Shown here: piece after piece, positions 9,849 to 19,048 of the stretch | How the letters are laid out: every line of letters starts with the position of its first letter | How positions within the stretch are numbered: position 1 is the first letter of the stretch | Source of the DNA: Dehalococcoidia bacterium | Lineage (GTDB): Bacteria; Chloroflexota; Dehalococcoidia; GIF9; AB-539-J10 | Direction of reading: 5' to 3' | Assembly: GCA_009619075.1 (NCBI GenBank) | Contig: WJOY01000027.1 | Location: forward strand, 662 to 64,661 | DNA length: 64,000 bases | Program-made: the position numbers and the translations under genes | The notes under the pieces: generated by a model | Seen by the model: the letters and a program-made list of their open reading frames with translations, nothing else | The model's database searches: none | Told to the model about the DNA's origin: nothing

Positions 9849-10322
9849 TTAGCCAGCCCATCTATCAATATCTTTGTGATAGTCAAAAATTTCTTCCGCT
9901 GAGAAGAAGAGATTTATTTCCTTAGAGGCATTCTCTACTGAGTCGGAGCCGTGGATTAGATTATGCTCAATATCGAGGCCGAAGTCACCCCTGATGGTGC
10001 CAGGGAGAGCTTTAGCTGGATCAGTTTCACCCATTGTTTGCCTTATTATCTCCACAGCATCTTTTCCCTGAAAAACAAGGGCGATGATAGGGCTAGAGGT
10101 AATGAAATTAACCAATTCATTAAAGAAGGCTTTGTCTTTATGAATGGCGTAGTGACGTTGAGCCAGGGTTTTATCCATTTGTAACATTTTCATAGCTACA
10201 ATTTTGAGCCCCCTTCTTTCAAGGCGGGAAATTATTTCCCCGGCTAATCCTCTTTGTATGGCATCGGGTTTAATGAGCACCAAGCTTCTCTGTTCGTTGG
10301 GATTGCTTTGCTTCGCTTGCAA
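9849..10322 (-). CDS. ndk: nucleoside diphosphate kinase
   Basis: 157 aa with the blocks RSLVLIKPDA and NLIHGSDS (active-site His). Confidence 0.95.
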   Translation of the reverse strand: MQAKQSNPNEQRSLVLIKPDAIQRGLAGEIISRLERRGLKIVAMKMLQMDKTLAQRHYAIHKDKAFFNELVNFITSSPIIALVFQGKDAVEIIRQTMGETDPAKALPGTIRGDFGLDIEHNLIHGSDSVENASKEINLFFSAEEIFDYHKDIDRWAG

Positions 10323-10335
10323 TGTCAGTTCCTCT

Positions 10336-11397
10336 TTACACCCTTCGGATTAGGGTAATTAAATCTATATCTTCCAGAGAATTAACTATTTTATCAGCCT
10401 CCCCAAGGTTTTGTTTGGGATGGGTGTTGGTTACCGCTAGACATCTCATTCCAGCAGCTTTAGCTGCTTTAACGCCGAAGGGGGAGTCTTCAATTACAAT
10501 GCAATCCTTGGGCTCCGCCCCCAACTTCTCCGCAGCTAAAAGAGATATCTGGGGACTGGGCTTACTTTCCGCTACTTCCCTACCAGAAACAATACAATCG
10601 AAAATTCCCTCGAGGTTAAGTTCGCTATTGAGCAAATCGATGTTTTCCTTTGGCGCTGAAGAAACGAGGACTTGCTTGAAGTTTCCCTTCTTAATCGTAT
10701 TTAGTAGCTTGATTACCCCGGGAAATGGCTTGATATTTCCCTTTGCCTTCTCTCGAAAACTTGCCTCCTTTTCCTGCACTATGCTTTCAACATTTTCCTC
10801 TGACAATCCTTCTCCGAGAACGTTACGAATTATGAAGTCATTTCTAATGCCAAAAAACTTGGTAAAATCTTTTTTGGTAAAGTTTACTCCCCTCTTGGCG
10901 AAGGTTTCCTGCCAGGCAGCAAAGTGAAATGAACCAGAATTAGCAATAACCCCATCCATGTCCCAGAGGACTGTCTTTTTTGATCGCCTCCATACGTAGA
11001 ACAAAGAGCTGCCTTCAGCTATAACTGTGTTATCTTTAAGGGCAAGCACTCCCTTGGTTTCCACTAGTCTTCTTGTCAATTTGGTGACCCAGGCGGAGAT
11101 TTGGATTGGCTCATTGATGAGGGCTACTTGTTTGAATCTCACCTCGCTTTTAGCAGTAACGCCAAAATCAATGCCGCAGCAGAGGATGACGTAAGCAGTT
11201 ACTTCATCAAGGAGGGTATAGAGAATACCCGCATGAGTTACATTATCCCAGCCTTGGTGGTATTCTCCCGGGGTGAACTCTGCCCTGACCCTTTCTCCAT
11301 CGTAAACAGGTTTCAGCTTTAACCCTATGGGATTATCTTCGCCACAGCCAAAGCAAAGCCTGGTTGAATACGCCACATCTAATTTTGGAATTTGCAC
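10336..11397 (-). CDS. fusion protein: PaaI/hotdog-type thioesterase domain plus HAD-IA hydrolase domain
   Basis: 353 aa. The N-terminal ~135 aa (CFGCGEDNPIGLKL, HAGILYTLLDEV) look like a PaaI-family hotdog fold. The C-terminal part has HAD motifs: DMDGVI, SSAP and a late EDS block. Confidence 0.75.
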   Translation of the reverse strand: MQIPKLDVAYSTRLCFGCGEDNPIGLKLKPVYDGERVRAEFTPGEYHQGWDNVTHAGILYTLLDEVTAYVILCCGIDFGVTAKSEVRFKQVALINEPIQISAWVTKLTRRLVETKGVLALKDNTVIAEGSSLFYVWRRSKKTVLWDMDGVIANSGSFHFAAWQETFAKRGVNFTKKDFTKFFGIRNDFIIRNVLGEGLSEENVESIVQEKEASFREKAKGNIKPFPGVIKLLNTIKKGNFKQVLVSSAPKENIDLLNSELNLEGIFDCIVSGREVAESKPSPQISLLAAEKLGAEPKDCIVIEDSPFGVKAAKAAGMRCLAVTNTHPKQNLGEADKIVNSLEDIDLITLIRRV

Positions 11398-11437
11398 TTC
11401 CCTTTCTCCTTTCGTTCGGTTTCGTTAGCTAAAGCCC

Positions 11438-11476
11438 ATTGTCATTCTGAGCCCTTCGCTTCACTCAGGGTGACAG
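11438..11476. repeat. hairpin copy of the GTCATTCTGAGC repeat
   Basis: GTCATTCTGAG (11441-11451) pairs with CTCAGGGTGAC (11464-11474). Two of the pairs are G-U pairs in a plus-sense RNA. The element overlaps the 3' end of tsaB. Confidence 0.75.
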
Positions 11477-12158
11477 AGGGATACCTTTTTTTGGGTTTCG
11501 TTATATGGGGAGGGCGAAGATATAAAGGTTGCAAGGTAGCCAGGTCATCTTGCTCTCCTTTGCTTAATCTTTGCCAACCTAGCATGGCTAAAGAGCCAGC
11601 TCGAGACAATGTAGAAGTTTGCGGTATTATAGCTCGCTGGCCCAACTTCTGTTGTATTTCATTTACCATATCAGGCGGGATTTCACCACAAAAAAGCGTC
11701 TTTTGGCGTATCCGTCGGCATAAAGTATCGAGCGTAGTTAAATGTTCCTCTTCTAAACATCGCCACTCGTTATTCTTTTGTTGATAGAAGGCAGTAGCAA
11801 TTTCCTCACGACCGGCCTTATGGATAGGAGACAATGGCAAGCCGGTATAAGCAAAAGGATAAGCTTCGGCTTCCAAGGTACTTATACCAAGCAAAGGAAT
11901 GGCTAAGGAGAAGGCTAGCCCCTTGGCTGTGCCTATCCCCACCCGTAGCCCGTTGAAGCTCCCCGGACCTTTAGCTACGATGATGGCTTCTATAGAGTTC
12001 GGCTTTGCCTTAGCTTGTTTTAGCAGATGAACCAAATTGGGCAGCAATTCTACAGTGTGGTTTTGGGCTGATTCCCAGGTTAGCTCGGTTAGAATTTCAC
12101 CCTTATGAGATAAAGCAATGCTAGCGGTATTAGAAGAAGTATCTATAGCTAACTCCAT
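11442..12158 (-). CDS. tsaB: tRNA t6A37 biosynthesis protein TsaB
   Basis: 238 aa with MELAIDTSSNTASIAL and GPGSFNGLRVG. The last ~11 codons and the stop lie in the repeat at 11438-11476. Confidence 0.85.
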   Translation of the reverse strand: MELAIDTSSNTASIALSHKGEILTELTWESAQNHTVELLPNLVHLLKQAKAKPNSIEAIIVAKGPGSFNGLRVGIGTAKGLAFSLAIPLLGISTLEAEAYPFAYTGLPLSPIHKAGREEIATAFYQQKNNEWRCLEEEHLTTLDTLCRRIRQKTLFCGEIPPDMVNEIQQKLGQRAIIPQTSTLSRAGSLAMLGWQRLSKGEQDDLATLQPLYLRPPHITKPKKRYPSVTLSEAKGSE

Positions 12159-12198
12159 ACCTTTTCCTTATTTAGAGCAATTATTTAACACTCCCTTC

Positions 12199-12375
12199 TG
12201 TCATTCTGAGCCCTTCGCTCCTTGTCGTTCTAAGGGAGCGAAGCGACCCAAGAATCTCCTCTTCACTTCGTTCAAAGCTTCGGCTCACCAGGATAAACTC
12301 CACGAAGAATCTCACACCACTCAGGACAGGCTCCGCGAAGAATCTAGAGACCCTTCACTTTGTTCAGGGTGACAG
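12199..12375. repeat. composite cluster of GTCATTCTGAGC / AGCGAAGCGA / CGAAGAATCT words
   Basis: The outer inverted pair is TGTCATTCTGAG (12199-12210) and TTCAGGGTGACA (12364-12375). Several internal copies of GAAGAATCT and GGACAGGCTCCG are present. Confidence 0.75.
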
Positions 12376-12860
12376 TTAAACACCTTACTTAAAGTCGATT
12401 TAAGCTGTTTTACTAATTCTAAGTAGTGCTCACCCCTAGGTTTAAGGCTAATAGCGCGTTGTGTTTCACAATTGGAGACGTAGTTTAATTCTATAAGCAA
12501 ATTGTTCTGGGGTAGTACTTGTAGCCCCTTTTCTGCCCATTCAACTACGGAGACTCCATCGCCATAGAAGTATTCCTCTAGCCCCAGGTCAGCAATTTCG
12601 CCAATATGGTCGAGGCGATAGAAATCAACATGGTATAGGGGAAGCCTACCATGGTACTCCCTGACTATGACGAAAGATGGACTGAAAGCGTACTCCTTTG
12701 TGCCTAATCCATATGCCATGCCCTGGACAAGGCAAGTTTTGCCTGTTCCTAAATCACCCACAAGAAGAAAAATATCGCCTCTTTGAGCTAGCTTGCCTAG
12801 GTAGTTTCCTAGAAGCTGAGTTTGCTCTGGGCTATGCGATTTCACCTTTAGGAGATTCAT
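12321..12860 (-). CDS. tsaE: tRNA t6A37 biosynthesis ATPase TsaE
   Basis: P-loop GDLGTGKT and HVDFYRL. The start is taken at MNLLKVKSH (ATG at 12858-12860) rather than the longest ORF start at 12902. The C-terminal ~18 aa are encoded by the 12199-12375 repeat cluster. Confidence 0.85.
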   Translation of the reverse strand: MNLLKVKSHSPEQTQLLGNYLGKLAQRGDIFLLVGDLGTGKTCLVQGMAYGLGTKEYAFSPSFVIVREYHGRLPLYHVDFYRLDHIGEIADLGLEEYFYGDGVSVVEWAEKGLQVLPQNNLLIELNYVSNCETQRAISLKPRGEHYLELVKQLKSTLSKVFNCHPEQSEGSLDSSRSLS

Positions 12861-13860
12861 CCCGGAAGTGCTCCCAGCCCCCCTTTTTAAGGGGGATAAC
12901 ATTTCCTTTGCTATTTAGCAAAGTCACTCGATTTGGCAACGTTTCTTCTACTATGTCACCGATTACAGTCACGGGACAATTTAGAGCCTGTCTGACTTTG
13001 TCCATAATAGTCTTGTTAGCGGTAAAAAGCAGTTCATAGTCCTCTCCCCCATATAGAGCTAACTCACGATAGGTTGGGAAATTAACCTTGACTAGTGGAT
13101 GTGTGGGCACTTGCTCCATTCTTATTTTGGCACTGACCTTGCTAGCTTGGCAAATGTGGTCAAGGTCAGCAATCAATCCGTCGCTTATATCTATGGTAGT
13201 CTTGACTCTCTGCTCGACTAAGATCTGTCCCTCTTTTACTCTAGGCGTAGGTTGAAGATGACCACGTCTCAAGATACTGGTTGTTTCAGGGTCTAAGCTC
13301 ATTTTCCCCTTAAACATTTCCAGGCCAGCTGCTGATAATCCTAGCCATCCTGTGACAGCTATTTGCTCACCGGGTGTTGCTGTTGACCTCTTAAGTATCG
13401 ATTTGCCTTTTGAGTGGCCTAGGACAGCGATAGTGATAACTATATTAGGGGCGGCAGCAAGGTTGCCACCGACTATAGCTACCCCAAATTCTGTGGCGAG
13501 ACATGCCATGCTATAGCAAAATTTGGTGATATTTTCTACCTCAAGTTCACCAGGTGCTGCTAGAGAGATTAAGGCATATTTGGGAATGCCACCCATAGCG
13601 GCTATATCGCTTAAATTTACCGCCAGCGCCTTCCAACCTAATTCCTCCCATGTAACGGTGTTTAGGTCGAAGTGTATACCTTGGACTAAACTATCTGTGG
13701 TAGCCAACTGGATGCGGTTATCACTTTGCCACGCCGCCGCATCATCACCAATGCCAACCAAGAGTTGCTGCCAGGAAGCTTGTTGAGGATTCTTGAATTT
13801 ATTAGTGATGTTACGTATGAGGTTGATTATACCGAATTCTCCCAGCTCCAATAGCTTCAT
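12832..13860 (-). CDS. thiL: thiamine-monophosphate kinase
   Basis: 342 aa PurM/AIR-synthase-like protein with GDDAAAW, DISDGL and GGEDYELLF blocks. Confidence 0.9.
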   Translation of the reverse strand: MKLLELGEFGIINLIRNITNKFKNPQQASWQQLLVGIGDDAAAWQSDNRIQLATTDSLVQGIHFDLNTVTWEELGWKALAVNLSDIAAMGGIPKYALISLAAPGELEVENITKFCYSMACLATEFGVAIVGGNLAAAPNIVITIAVLGHSKGKSILKRSTATPGEQIAVTGWLGLSAAGLEMFKGKMSLDPETTSILRRGHLQPTPRVKEGQILVEQRVKTTIDISDGLIADLDHICQASKVSAKIRMEQVPTHPLVKVNFPTYRELALYGGEDYELLFTANKTIMDKVRQALNCPVTVIGDIVEETLPNRVTLLNSKGNVIPLKKGGWEHFRDESPKGEIA

Positions 13861-13936
13861 CCTTGAAATTATAGCACTGGCTTTATCGTGACCTCAACTT
13901 TAACAATTTGGCTGGTAAATGCTATAGTTTGCTCCC

Positions 13937-14671
13937 ATGAAGTATGCCATTCTTGGTGATATTCATGCTAATTTAGCTGCTTTCGAAGCTGTGCTTGAGG
14001 ACATTGAAGCTAAAGGGGGATTTGATGAGATATGGTGTCTAGGAGACATAGTGGGATATGGTCCTGAACCTCATGCTTGCATTGCGCTTTTGCGGCGGTG
14101 CAAACATATCTCTGTTGCTGGCAATCACGATTGGGCTGCTATTGGCAAGATTGATACCTTAGATTTTAACCTGGACGCTGCCCAAGCTTGCCAGTGGACA
14201 GCACAGCAGCTAACTGCCGAGGATGTAAATTACTTACAGAACCTCGCTATTAAATTAAGGCGAGACGACTTTACTCTGGTTCACGGGAGTCCCCGTCAGC
14301 CCGTCTGGGAATATCTGCTATCGGTGAATGCCGCTCGTGATAATTTTGGCTATTTTGATACCAATTTCTGCCTCGTGGCGCACTCTCACGTGCCATTAAT
14401 TTTTGGGCAGAATAAAGATGGCAAATGTTTTGCGGCAAAAACTCCTAGTGTACTAAGATTGAGATCTGAAAACCGTCGCTTAATTATTAATCCTGGTGGT
14501 GTGGGACAGCCTCGCGATGGCGACCCCAGAGCGAGTTATGCTCTCTATGACAGTGAGGCTCAAATCATGTATCATTGGCGTGTTAGTTATGATATAACTG
14601 TTACCCAAAAGAAAATGATGGAGCACAAATTGCCTTTACCACTGGTTCTTCGCTTAAATTATGGTTATTAG
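13937..14671 (+). CDS. metallophosphoesterase family protein
   Basis: 244 aa with calcineurin-like motifs GDIHAN, GDIVGYGP, GNHD and HSH. Confidence 0.8.
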   Translation: MKYAILGDIHANLAAFEAVLEDIEAKGGFDEIWCLGDIVGYGPEPHACIALLRRCKHISVAGNHDWAAIGKIDTLDFNLDAAQACQWTAQQLTAEDVNYLQNLAIKLRRDDFTLVHGSPRQPVWEYLLSVNAARDNFGYFDTNFCLVAHSHVPLIFGQNKDGKCFAAKTPSVLRLRSENRRLIINPGGVGQPRDGDPRASYALYDSEAQIMYHWRVSYDITVTQKKMMEHKLPLPLVLRLNYGY

Positions 14672-14697
14672 CATGCTATAATGGGGTGAATCTAACA

Positions 14698-14985
14698 ATG
14701 CGTAATTACGAATTAGTGATTGTAATTAGCCCTGAGGTTGACGGAGAAGAGTTGCCCAAGGTGGTGGAAAAAGTGAATCGGTTTATTAGCGACAGAAATG
14801 GGATTGTGGAGGAGACAGAGCAGCGGGGGAGAAGGAAGTTAGCTTATCCGATAAAGAAATTTATGGAAGGTGATTACATTTTGACTCGCTTCAAGTTAGA
14901 GCCGAAATTGGTTAAGGCACTCGAAGCAGATCTTGCAGCTTCCGAAGAAATTCTACGGCAGCTTATAGTGAAAGTGGGTGATTGA
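14698..14985 (+). CDS. rpsF: 30S ribosomal protein S6
   Basis: MRNYELVIVISPEV is the canonical S6 N-terminus. The longest ORF starts at a GTG at 14686. Confidence 0.9.
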   Translation: MRNYELVIVISPEVDGEELPKVVEKVNRFISDRNGIVEETEQRGRRKLAYPIKKFMEGDYILTRFKLEPKLVKALEADLAASEEILRQLIVKVGD

Positions 14986-14986
14986 T

Positions 14987-15397
14987 ATGGCAAGCTTAAG
15001 CAAAGTAATACTCATTGGCAATTTAGGTAGTGATCCTGAGATGAGGTTTACACCTAATGGCAAAGCGGTTACCTCTTTTCGCCTAGCTACTAATTATCGT
15101 TACACTACTTCTGCAGGGGAGAGCAGGGAGGAAACCGATTGGTTTAGAATTAGTGTTTTTGGCAAGCAAGCTGAGCAATGCAATCAATTCTTAACTAAAG
15201 GAAGGCAGGTTTATGTCGAAGGAAGATTGCACGCGCGCAACTGGCAAGGCCAAGATGGGCAGATGCGCACTAGCCTTGAGGTAACTGCAAATCGGGTGCT
15301 TTTTCTTGGTCAGCGAGCTTTGGCTCCTCTTCCAGAAGAGGGCGAGCTTGAACCTGAGGACATACCTTTTGAGCAGAGTGAAGGAATTGGAAGTTGA
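14987..15397 (+). CDS. ssb: single-stranded DNA-binding protein
   Basis: [19 protein letters not shown]-terminus with an acidic tail DIPF. It lies in the rpsF-ssb-rpsR arrangement. Confidence 0.9.
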   Translation: MASLSKVILIGNLGSDPEMRFTPNGKAVTSFRLATNYRYTTSAGESREETDWFRISVFGKQAEQCNQFLTKGRQVYVEGRLHARNWQGQDGQMRTSLEVTANRVLFLGQRALAPLPEEGELEPEDIPFEQSEGIGS

Positions 15398-15672
15398 TTA
15401 ATCGTAGGAGAGCGAGAAAACCAAGAAATTATATTCCCAGGCCAGCAATTTGCCCCTTTTGTACTGAAAAAATAAATATAGATTACAAGAATGTTTCTAT
15501 GCTGTCTCAATATATTTCCGGTCGTGGCAAGATTGAATCACGGCGGAGAACCAGGGCTTGTGCTAAGCACCAGCGCCGTTTGGCACATGCTATAAAGAGG
15601 GCTCGATTTTTAGCTCTATTACCTTATGCCCCGAGCCATATTTGGAAGACGGGTGGTGTAGGTCTACGTTAA
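15394..15672 (+). CDS. rpsR: 30S ribosomal protein S18
   Basis: 92 aa with [14 protein letters not shown] and YISGRGKI blocks. It has a TTG start overlapping the ssb stop. Confidence 0.85.
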   Translation: MINRRRARKPRNYIPRPAICPFCTEKINIDYKNVSMLSQYISGRGKIESRRRTRACAKHQRRLAHAIKRARFLALLPYAPSHIWKTGGVGLR

Positions 15673-15693
15673 TAGGTGTCATGAAGGAACTGC

Positions 15694-15834
15694 ATGCCAA
15701 AACGTACTTACCAGCCAAAGAAAATTTCTCGCAGACGTAAATTGGGCTTCCGTGCCCGAATGGCTTCTCGTGGTGGGCGGGAGGTGCTTAAGGCGAGACG
15801 TCTTAAGGGGCGATGGAGGTTGACTCCAGTTTAG
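15694..15834 (+). CDS. rpmH: 50S ribosomal protein L34
   Basis: Not in the ORF track because it is under 60 aa. My translation is [46 protein letters not shown], the canonical L34 sequence, directly upstream of rnpA. Confidence 0.9.
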   Translation: MPKRTYQPKKISRRRKLGFRARMASRGGREVLKARRLKGRWRLTPV

Positions 15835-15843
15835 TTACATTTC

Positions 15844-16206
15844 ATGAGGGGGCCTTGGGCTTTAACTAAGCGAGCACAGTATGCTCTAGTTTACCAGCAA
15901 GGGAGCACATATATAGATAGTTTAATTGTGATGAAAGCACTGCCTAACGGATTGAACTTGAGTAGATATGGCTTTTCTGTAACTAAGAAGGTGGGTAAGG
16001 CAGTACAACGCAATCGTTTGAAGAGGTTGCTTAGAGAAATAATACATTTGCAATTGGTAAAGCCGGGATGGGACATCGTCTTTGTCGTTCGTCGAGAGGC
16101 AGTTACTGCTGACTACCATCAACTGGAAAAGGCAGTAATTAAGTTGCTAACCCAAGCAAAGCTAATTACAAAGGGTGATGAAACAGCTAGCGCTAAAGTT
16201 AATTAA
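15844..16206 (+). CDS. rnpA: ribonuclease P protein component
   Basis: 120 aa basic protein with the RNR-type block [18 protein letters not shown], in the rpmH-rnpA context. Confidence 0.9.
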   Translation: MRGPWALTKRAQYALVYQQGSTYIDSLIVMKALPNGLNLSRYGFSVTKKVGKAVQRNRLKRLLREIIHLQLVKPGWDIVFVVRREAVTADYHQLEKAVIKLLTQAKLITKGDETASAKVN

Positions 16207-16387
16207 ATTATATCAGGCGACGATATCAGAGGTTACCCCTCATTCTTGCCGCTTCCAGCCAACATGCTCGCACTACGCCTGCGAGGCGATTAAGAGGTAT
16301 GGATTTATCAAAGGTAGCTGGCTAGTAGTTAAGAGGTTAGCTCGATGCAATCCTTTCTCTAAAGGTGGTTATGACCCTGTGCCTTAG
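16175..16387 (+). CDS. yidD: membrane protein insertion efficiency factor YidD
   Basis: 70 aa with [15 protein letters not shown] and [14 protein letters not shown]. Confidence 0.9.
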   Translation: MMKQLALKLIKLYQATISEVTPHSCRFQPTCSHYACEAIKRYGFIKGSWLVVKRLARCNPFSKGGYDPVP

Positions 16388-16409
16388 TTATGGGTTCTAA
16401 TGTATTGCA

Positions 16410-17579
16410 ATGAGGATTAAAATATTAATTTTCCTTGGCATTTTTTGTTTCCTTGCCTTAAGCGCTGGTGGTTGTCTGGGAGGACAACAAAAGCCTCTAG
16501 GATTCTCTGGAGTTATTTCTTATGATGGAATTCTCTATTTAGGTTCCACAGATGGCAAAATAGTGGCAGTAAACCCCTCAGCTCGAAATCAGGAAATGTC
16601 GTTCCCCTCTTCCGATGGGGAGTGGTCTTTTGCTATTACTATGCCCTCTAAAGGCATATCATGTGGCCCCTCATCTGTGCCAGTCAATATATATGGCACA
16701 CCTGTTGTAGTTGATGGCTTGGTCTGTATTGGCACCTATAATGGTAAGGTCTTGATGATGAGCCCTTCAGCCAGGAGCCAGAATTTAGACTTTCCCCAGC
16801 TGAGGAGTAGTGAGTGGGCTTACCCTAGGACCGAGGATGGAATTGAGCCTATTGTAGGTAGTCCTGTGGCAGCCGATGATACTGTCTATGTGTGCAGTTC
16901 AGATGGCAGGGTCTATGCTTTGGATATGACCTATGGTGATGAAAAGTGGAAATCTGACCCATTGGGTGACAAGTTGTGGATAACGCCAGTGGTAGAAGAG
17001 GAAACTGTGTATGTGAGTACCTTTGACGGGCATATTTATGCTTTATCAGCTAAGGATGGTAGCCTATTGCCTTGGGCTTTCGAAGCGGAAGCGGGATTTG
17101 TCTCTTCTCCAGTGCTTTATGAAAACACTATATTTGCTGGTTCATTTGACCGTAATCTATATGCGGTAAGGGTAGGCGATAATGAGCCATTGTGGAAATT
17201 CCCTGGAGATAATTGGTTTTGGGCTGCTCCCGTGGTAGCCAATGGTGTTGTTTATGCTGGCTGCCTCGATGGCAAAGTTTATGCTATTGACTCGAAGACG
17301 GGTAACGAATTGTGGGAATTTGATGCTGGAAGTCCCATTGTTTCTTCACCAGCCTTAGCAGATGATTTGCTGGTGGTAGCTTGTGACTCAGGCGAGGTGT
17401 ATGCGCTTGATATATTTAATGGTAAGCTGATTAATGAAGTATCCATCGATGCTCCCATTCAGGGGGCTCTTTGCATCCAGGAAGGCATAGTCTATATCCG
17501 TGCCCAGGATAACTGTCTATACGCTATGGATGTGGGCAAGGGGAAAACAAACTGGAGATTCCCTCTGACAATTAAGTAA
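16410..17579 (+). CDS. PQQ-like beta-propeller repeat lipoprotein
   Basis: 389 aa. It has a signal peptide with a lipobox-like LSAGGC and repeated DG-[KRH]-[IV]YA[LVI]D motifs (GKIVAVN, GRVYALD, GHIYALS, GKVYAID, GEVYALD). Confidence 0.75.
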   Translation: MRIKILIFLGIFCFLALSAGGCLGGQQKPLGFSGVISYDGILYLGSTDGKIVAVNPSARNQEMSFPSSDGEWSFAITMPSKGISCGPSSVPVNIYGTPVVVDGLVCIGTYNGKVLMMSPSARSQNLDFPQLRSSEWAYPRTEDGIEPIVGSPVAADDTVYVCSSDGRVYALDMTYGDEKWKSDPLGDKLWITPVVEEETVYVSTFDGHIYALSAKDGSLLPWAFEAEAGFVSSPVLYENTIFAGSFDRNLYAVRVGDNEPLWKFPGDNWFWAAPVVANGVVYAGCLDGKVYAIDSKTGNELWEFDAGSPIVSSPALADDLLVVACDSGEVYALDIFNGKLINEVSIDAPIQGALCIQEGIVYIRAQDNCLYAMDVGKGKTNWRFPLTIK

Positions 17580-17590
17580 GATTTGCAATT

Positions 17591-18358
17591 ATGACATACT
17601 TGTGGAATTTAATTATAGTTGACCCAATGCTTAATGGCTTGATTGCTTTATCAAGCCTTCTACCTAAAGCAGTGGAGTTTGGTTTGGCCATTATTATCCT
17701 TACTATTGTGGTTCGTTTGATACTCACGCCGCTTACCTTAAGACAACTCAAGTCTACTAAAGCTATGCAAAGCATGCAGCCCAAGATTCAGGAGCTGCAA
17801 AAGAAATATGCCAAGAATAAACAGAAACTTCAGCAAGAGATGATGAAAGTCTATAAAGAGGCGGGAGTGAACCCTATAAGTTGTATGTGGCCTATGCTAG
17901 TTCAGCTTCCTTTCTGGATTGCTCTTTATCAATCTATTATGAGAGCCCTGGCTACCACGCCGGAGAACTTACTGGATCTATCTCGACATCTTTATTTCTG
18001 GCAGATAGCGAATCAGGCACTTCCCTTAAATAGTCATTTTTTGTGGCTTGATTTAGGTCAGACTGACAATTATTTAATCCTACCCATTCTAGTTGGCGTC
18101 TCGATGTGGGTGCAGCAGAAAATGACCACTGCACCATCTACTGACCCAAGCCAGCAATCCATGAGTCGTATGATGACATTAATGATGCCGTTTATGTTTG
18201 GTATACTTTGCATGATGTTTCCCAGTGGTTTAGCTCTCTTTTGGCTGGTTTCCACTGTGATTGGTATTGCGACTCAATATTTCATTGGTGGTGGCTGGGG
18301 TTACTTAAGATCTTCCACCGCTAGGCAATCAATGCCAAGGCAGAGAGACAAGTGGTGA
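17591..18358 (+). CDS. yidC: membrane protein insertase YidC (short form)
   Basis: 255 aa with blocks LAIIILTIVVRLILTPLT, MQPKIQELQKKY and MFPSGLALFWLVS. Confidence 0.9.
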   Translation: MTYLWNLIIVDPMLNGLIALSSLLPKAVEFGLAIIILTIVVRLILTPLTLRQLKSTKAMQSMQPKIQELQKKYAKNKQKLQQEMMKVYKEAGVNPISCMWPMLVQLPFWIALYQSIMRALATTPENLLDLSRHLYFWQIANQALPLNSHFLWLDLGQTDNYLILPILVGVSMWVQQKMTTAPSTDPSQQSMSRMMTLMMPFMFGILCMMFPSGLALFWLVSTVIGIATQYFIGGGWGYLRSSTARQSMPRQRDKW

Positions 18359-18418
18359 GCAAGGTAAAAACGACATTAAGTTGCATGGAAGCAAATTGCT
18401 AAAGTGAGAACTTAAAAG

Positions 18419-19045
18419 ATGGAAGAGTTGGAGATAACTGCCAAGACAGTAGAGCAGGCAACTGAGGAGGCAGAAAAGCGGCTGGGGATAGGGCGTGATC
18501 AATTTGAAACAGTGGTTGTTAAAGAGGGCAAATCGGGAATTTTTAGGGGCGAAGGAGCCTTAATCAGAGTAAAACCACTAGTTCCGCTGGAAAAAGATAT
18601 AGTCAGAGTAGCTATAGAGGTGTTGGAGAACTTGCTGGGGTTAATGGAGGTAACAGGTGCTATTAAAGCCTCATCTGGTGAGATACCAATAGCTTTGGAT
18701 ATTGAGGGTGATGATTTAGGTATTTTGATTGGGCGACGAGGTCAGACTTTAGCTTGCTTGCAATACATCGTTAGGCTCATAGTAGCGGGACGGTTAGAGG
18801 CTTGGTTGCCATTAAGTATTGATATTTGTGGGTATAAAAAACACCGCCGTGATTCTTTGCAAAAGCTGGCCTTAAGGTTGGCAGAGCAGGTAAAATTAAG
18901 ACACCGAGCTATGACTTTGGAGCCAATGCCTTCTGATGAGCGTCGTGTCATTCATCTAGCTTTGGCTGATCATCCTGATGTTGTCACTCACAGTGTAGGA
19001 GAGGGCGAAGATAGAAAAGTAGTTATTCTGCTGAAACGAGGCTAG
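18419..19045 (+). CDS. jag: Jag/KhpB RNA-binding protein (KH + R3H)
   Basis: 208 aa with the GILIGRRGQTL KH-like block and a C-terminal R3H block ERRVIHLAL. It follows yidC. Confidence 0.85.
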   Translation: MEELEITAKTVEQATEEAEKRLGIGRDQFETVVVKEGKSGIFRGEGALIRVKPLVPLEKDIVRVAIEVLENLLGLMEVTGAIKASSGEIPIALDIEGDDLGILIGRRGQTLACLQYIVRLIVAGRLEAWLPLSIDICGYKKHRRDSLQKLALRLAEQVKLRHRAMTLEPMPSDERRVIHLALADHPDVVTHSVGEGEDRKVVILLKRG

Positions 19046-19048
19046 CCC

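Noticed and set aside
12861-12902. The longest-ORF start of tsaE (MLSPLKRGAGSTSG...).
   Set aside because: The extension lies over the 3' end of thiL. The conserved TsaE N-terminus begins at MNLLKVKSH, so the start is set at 12860.
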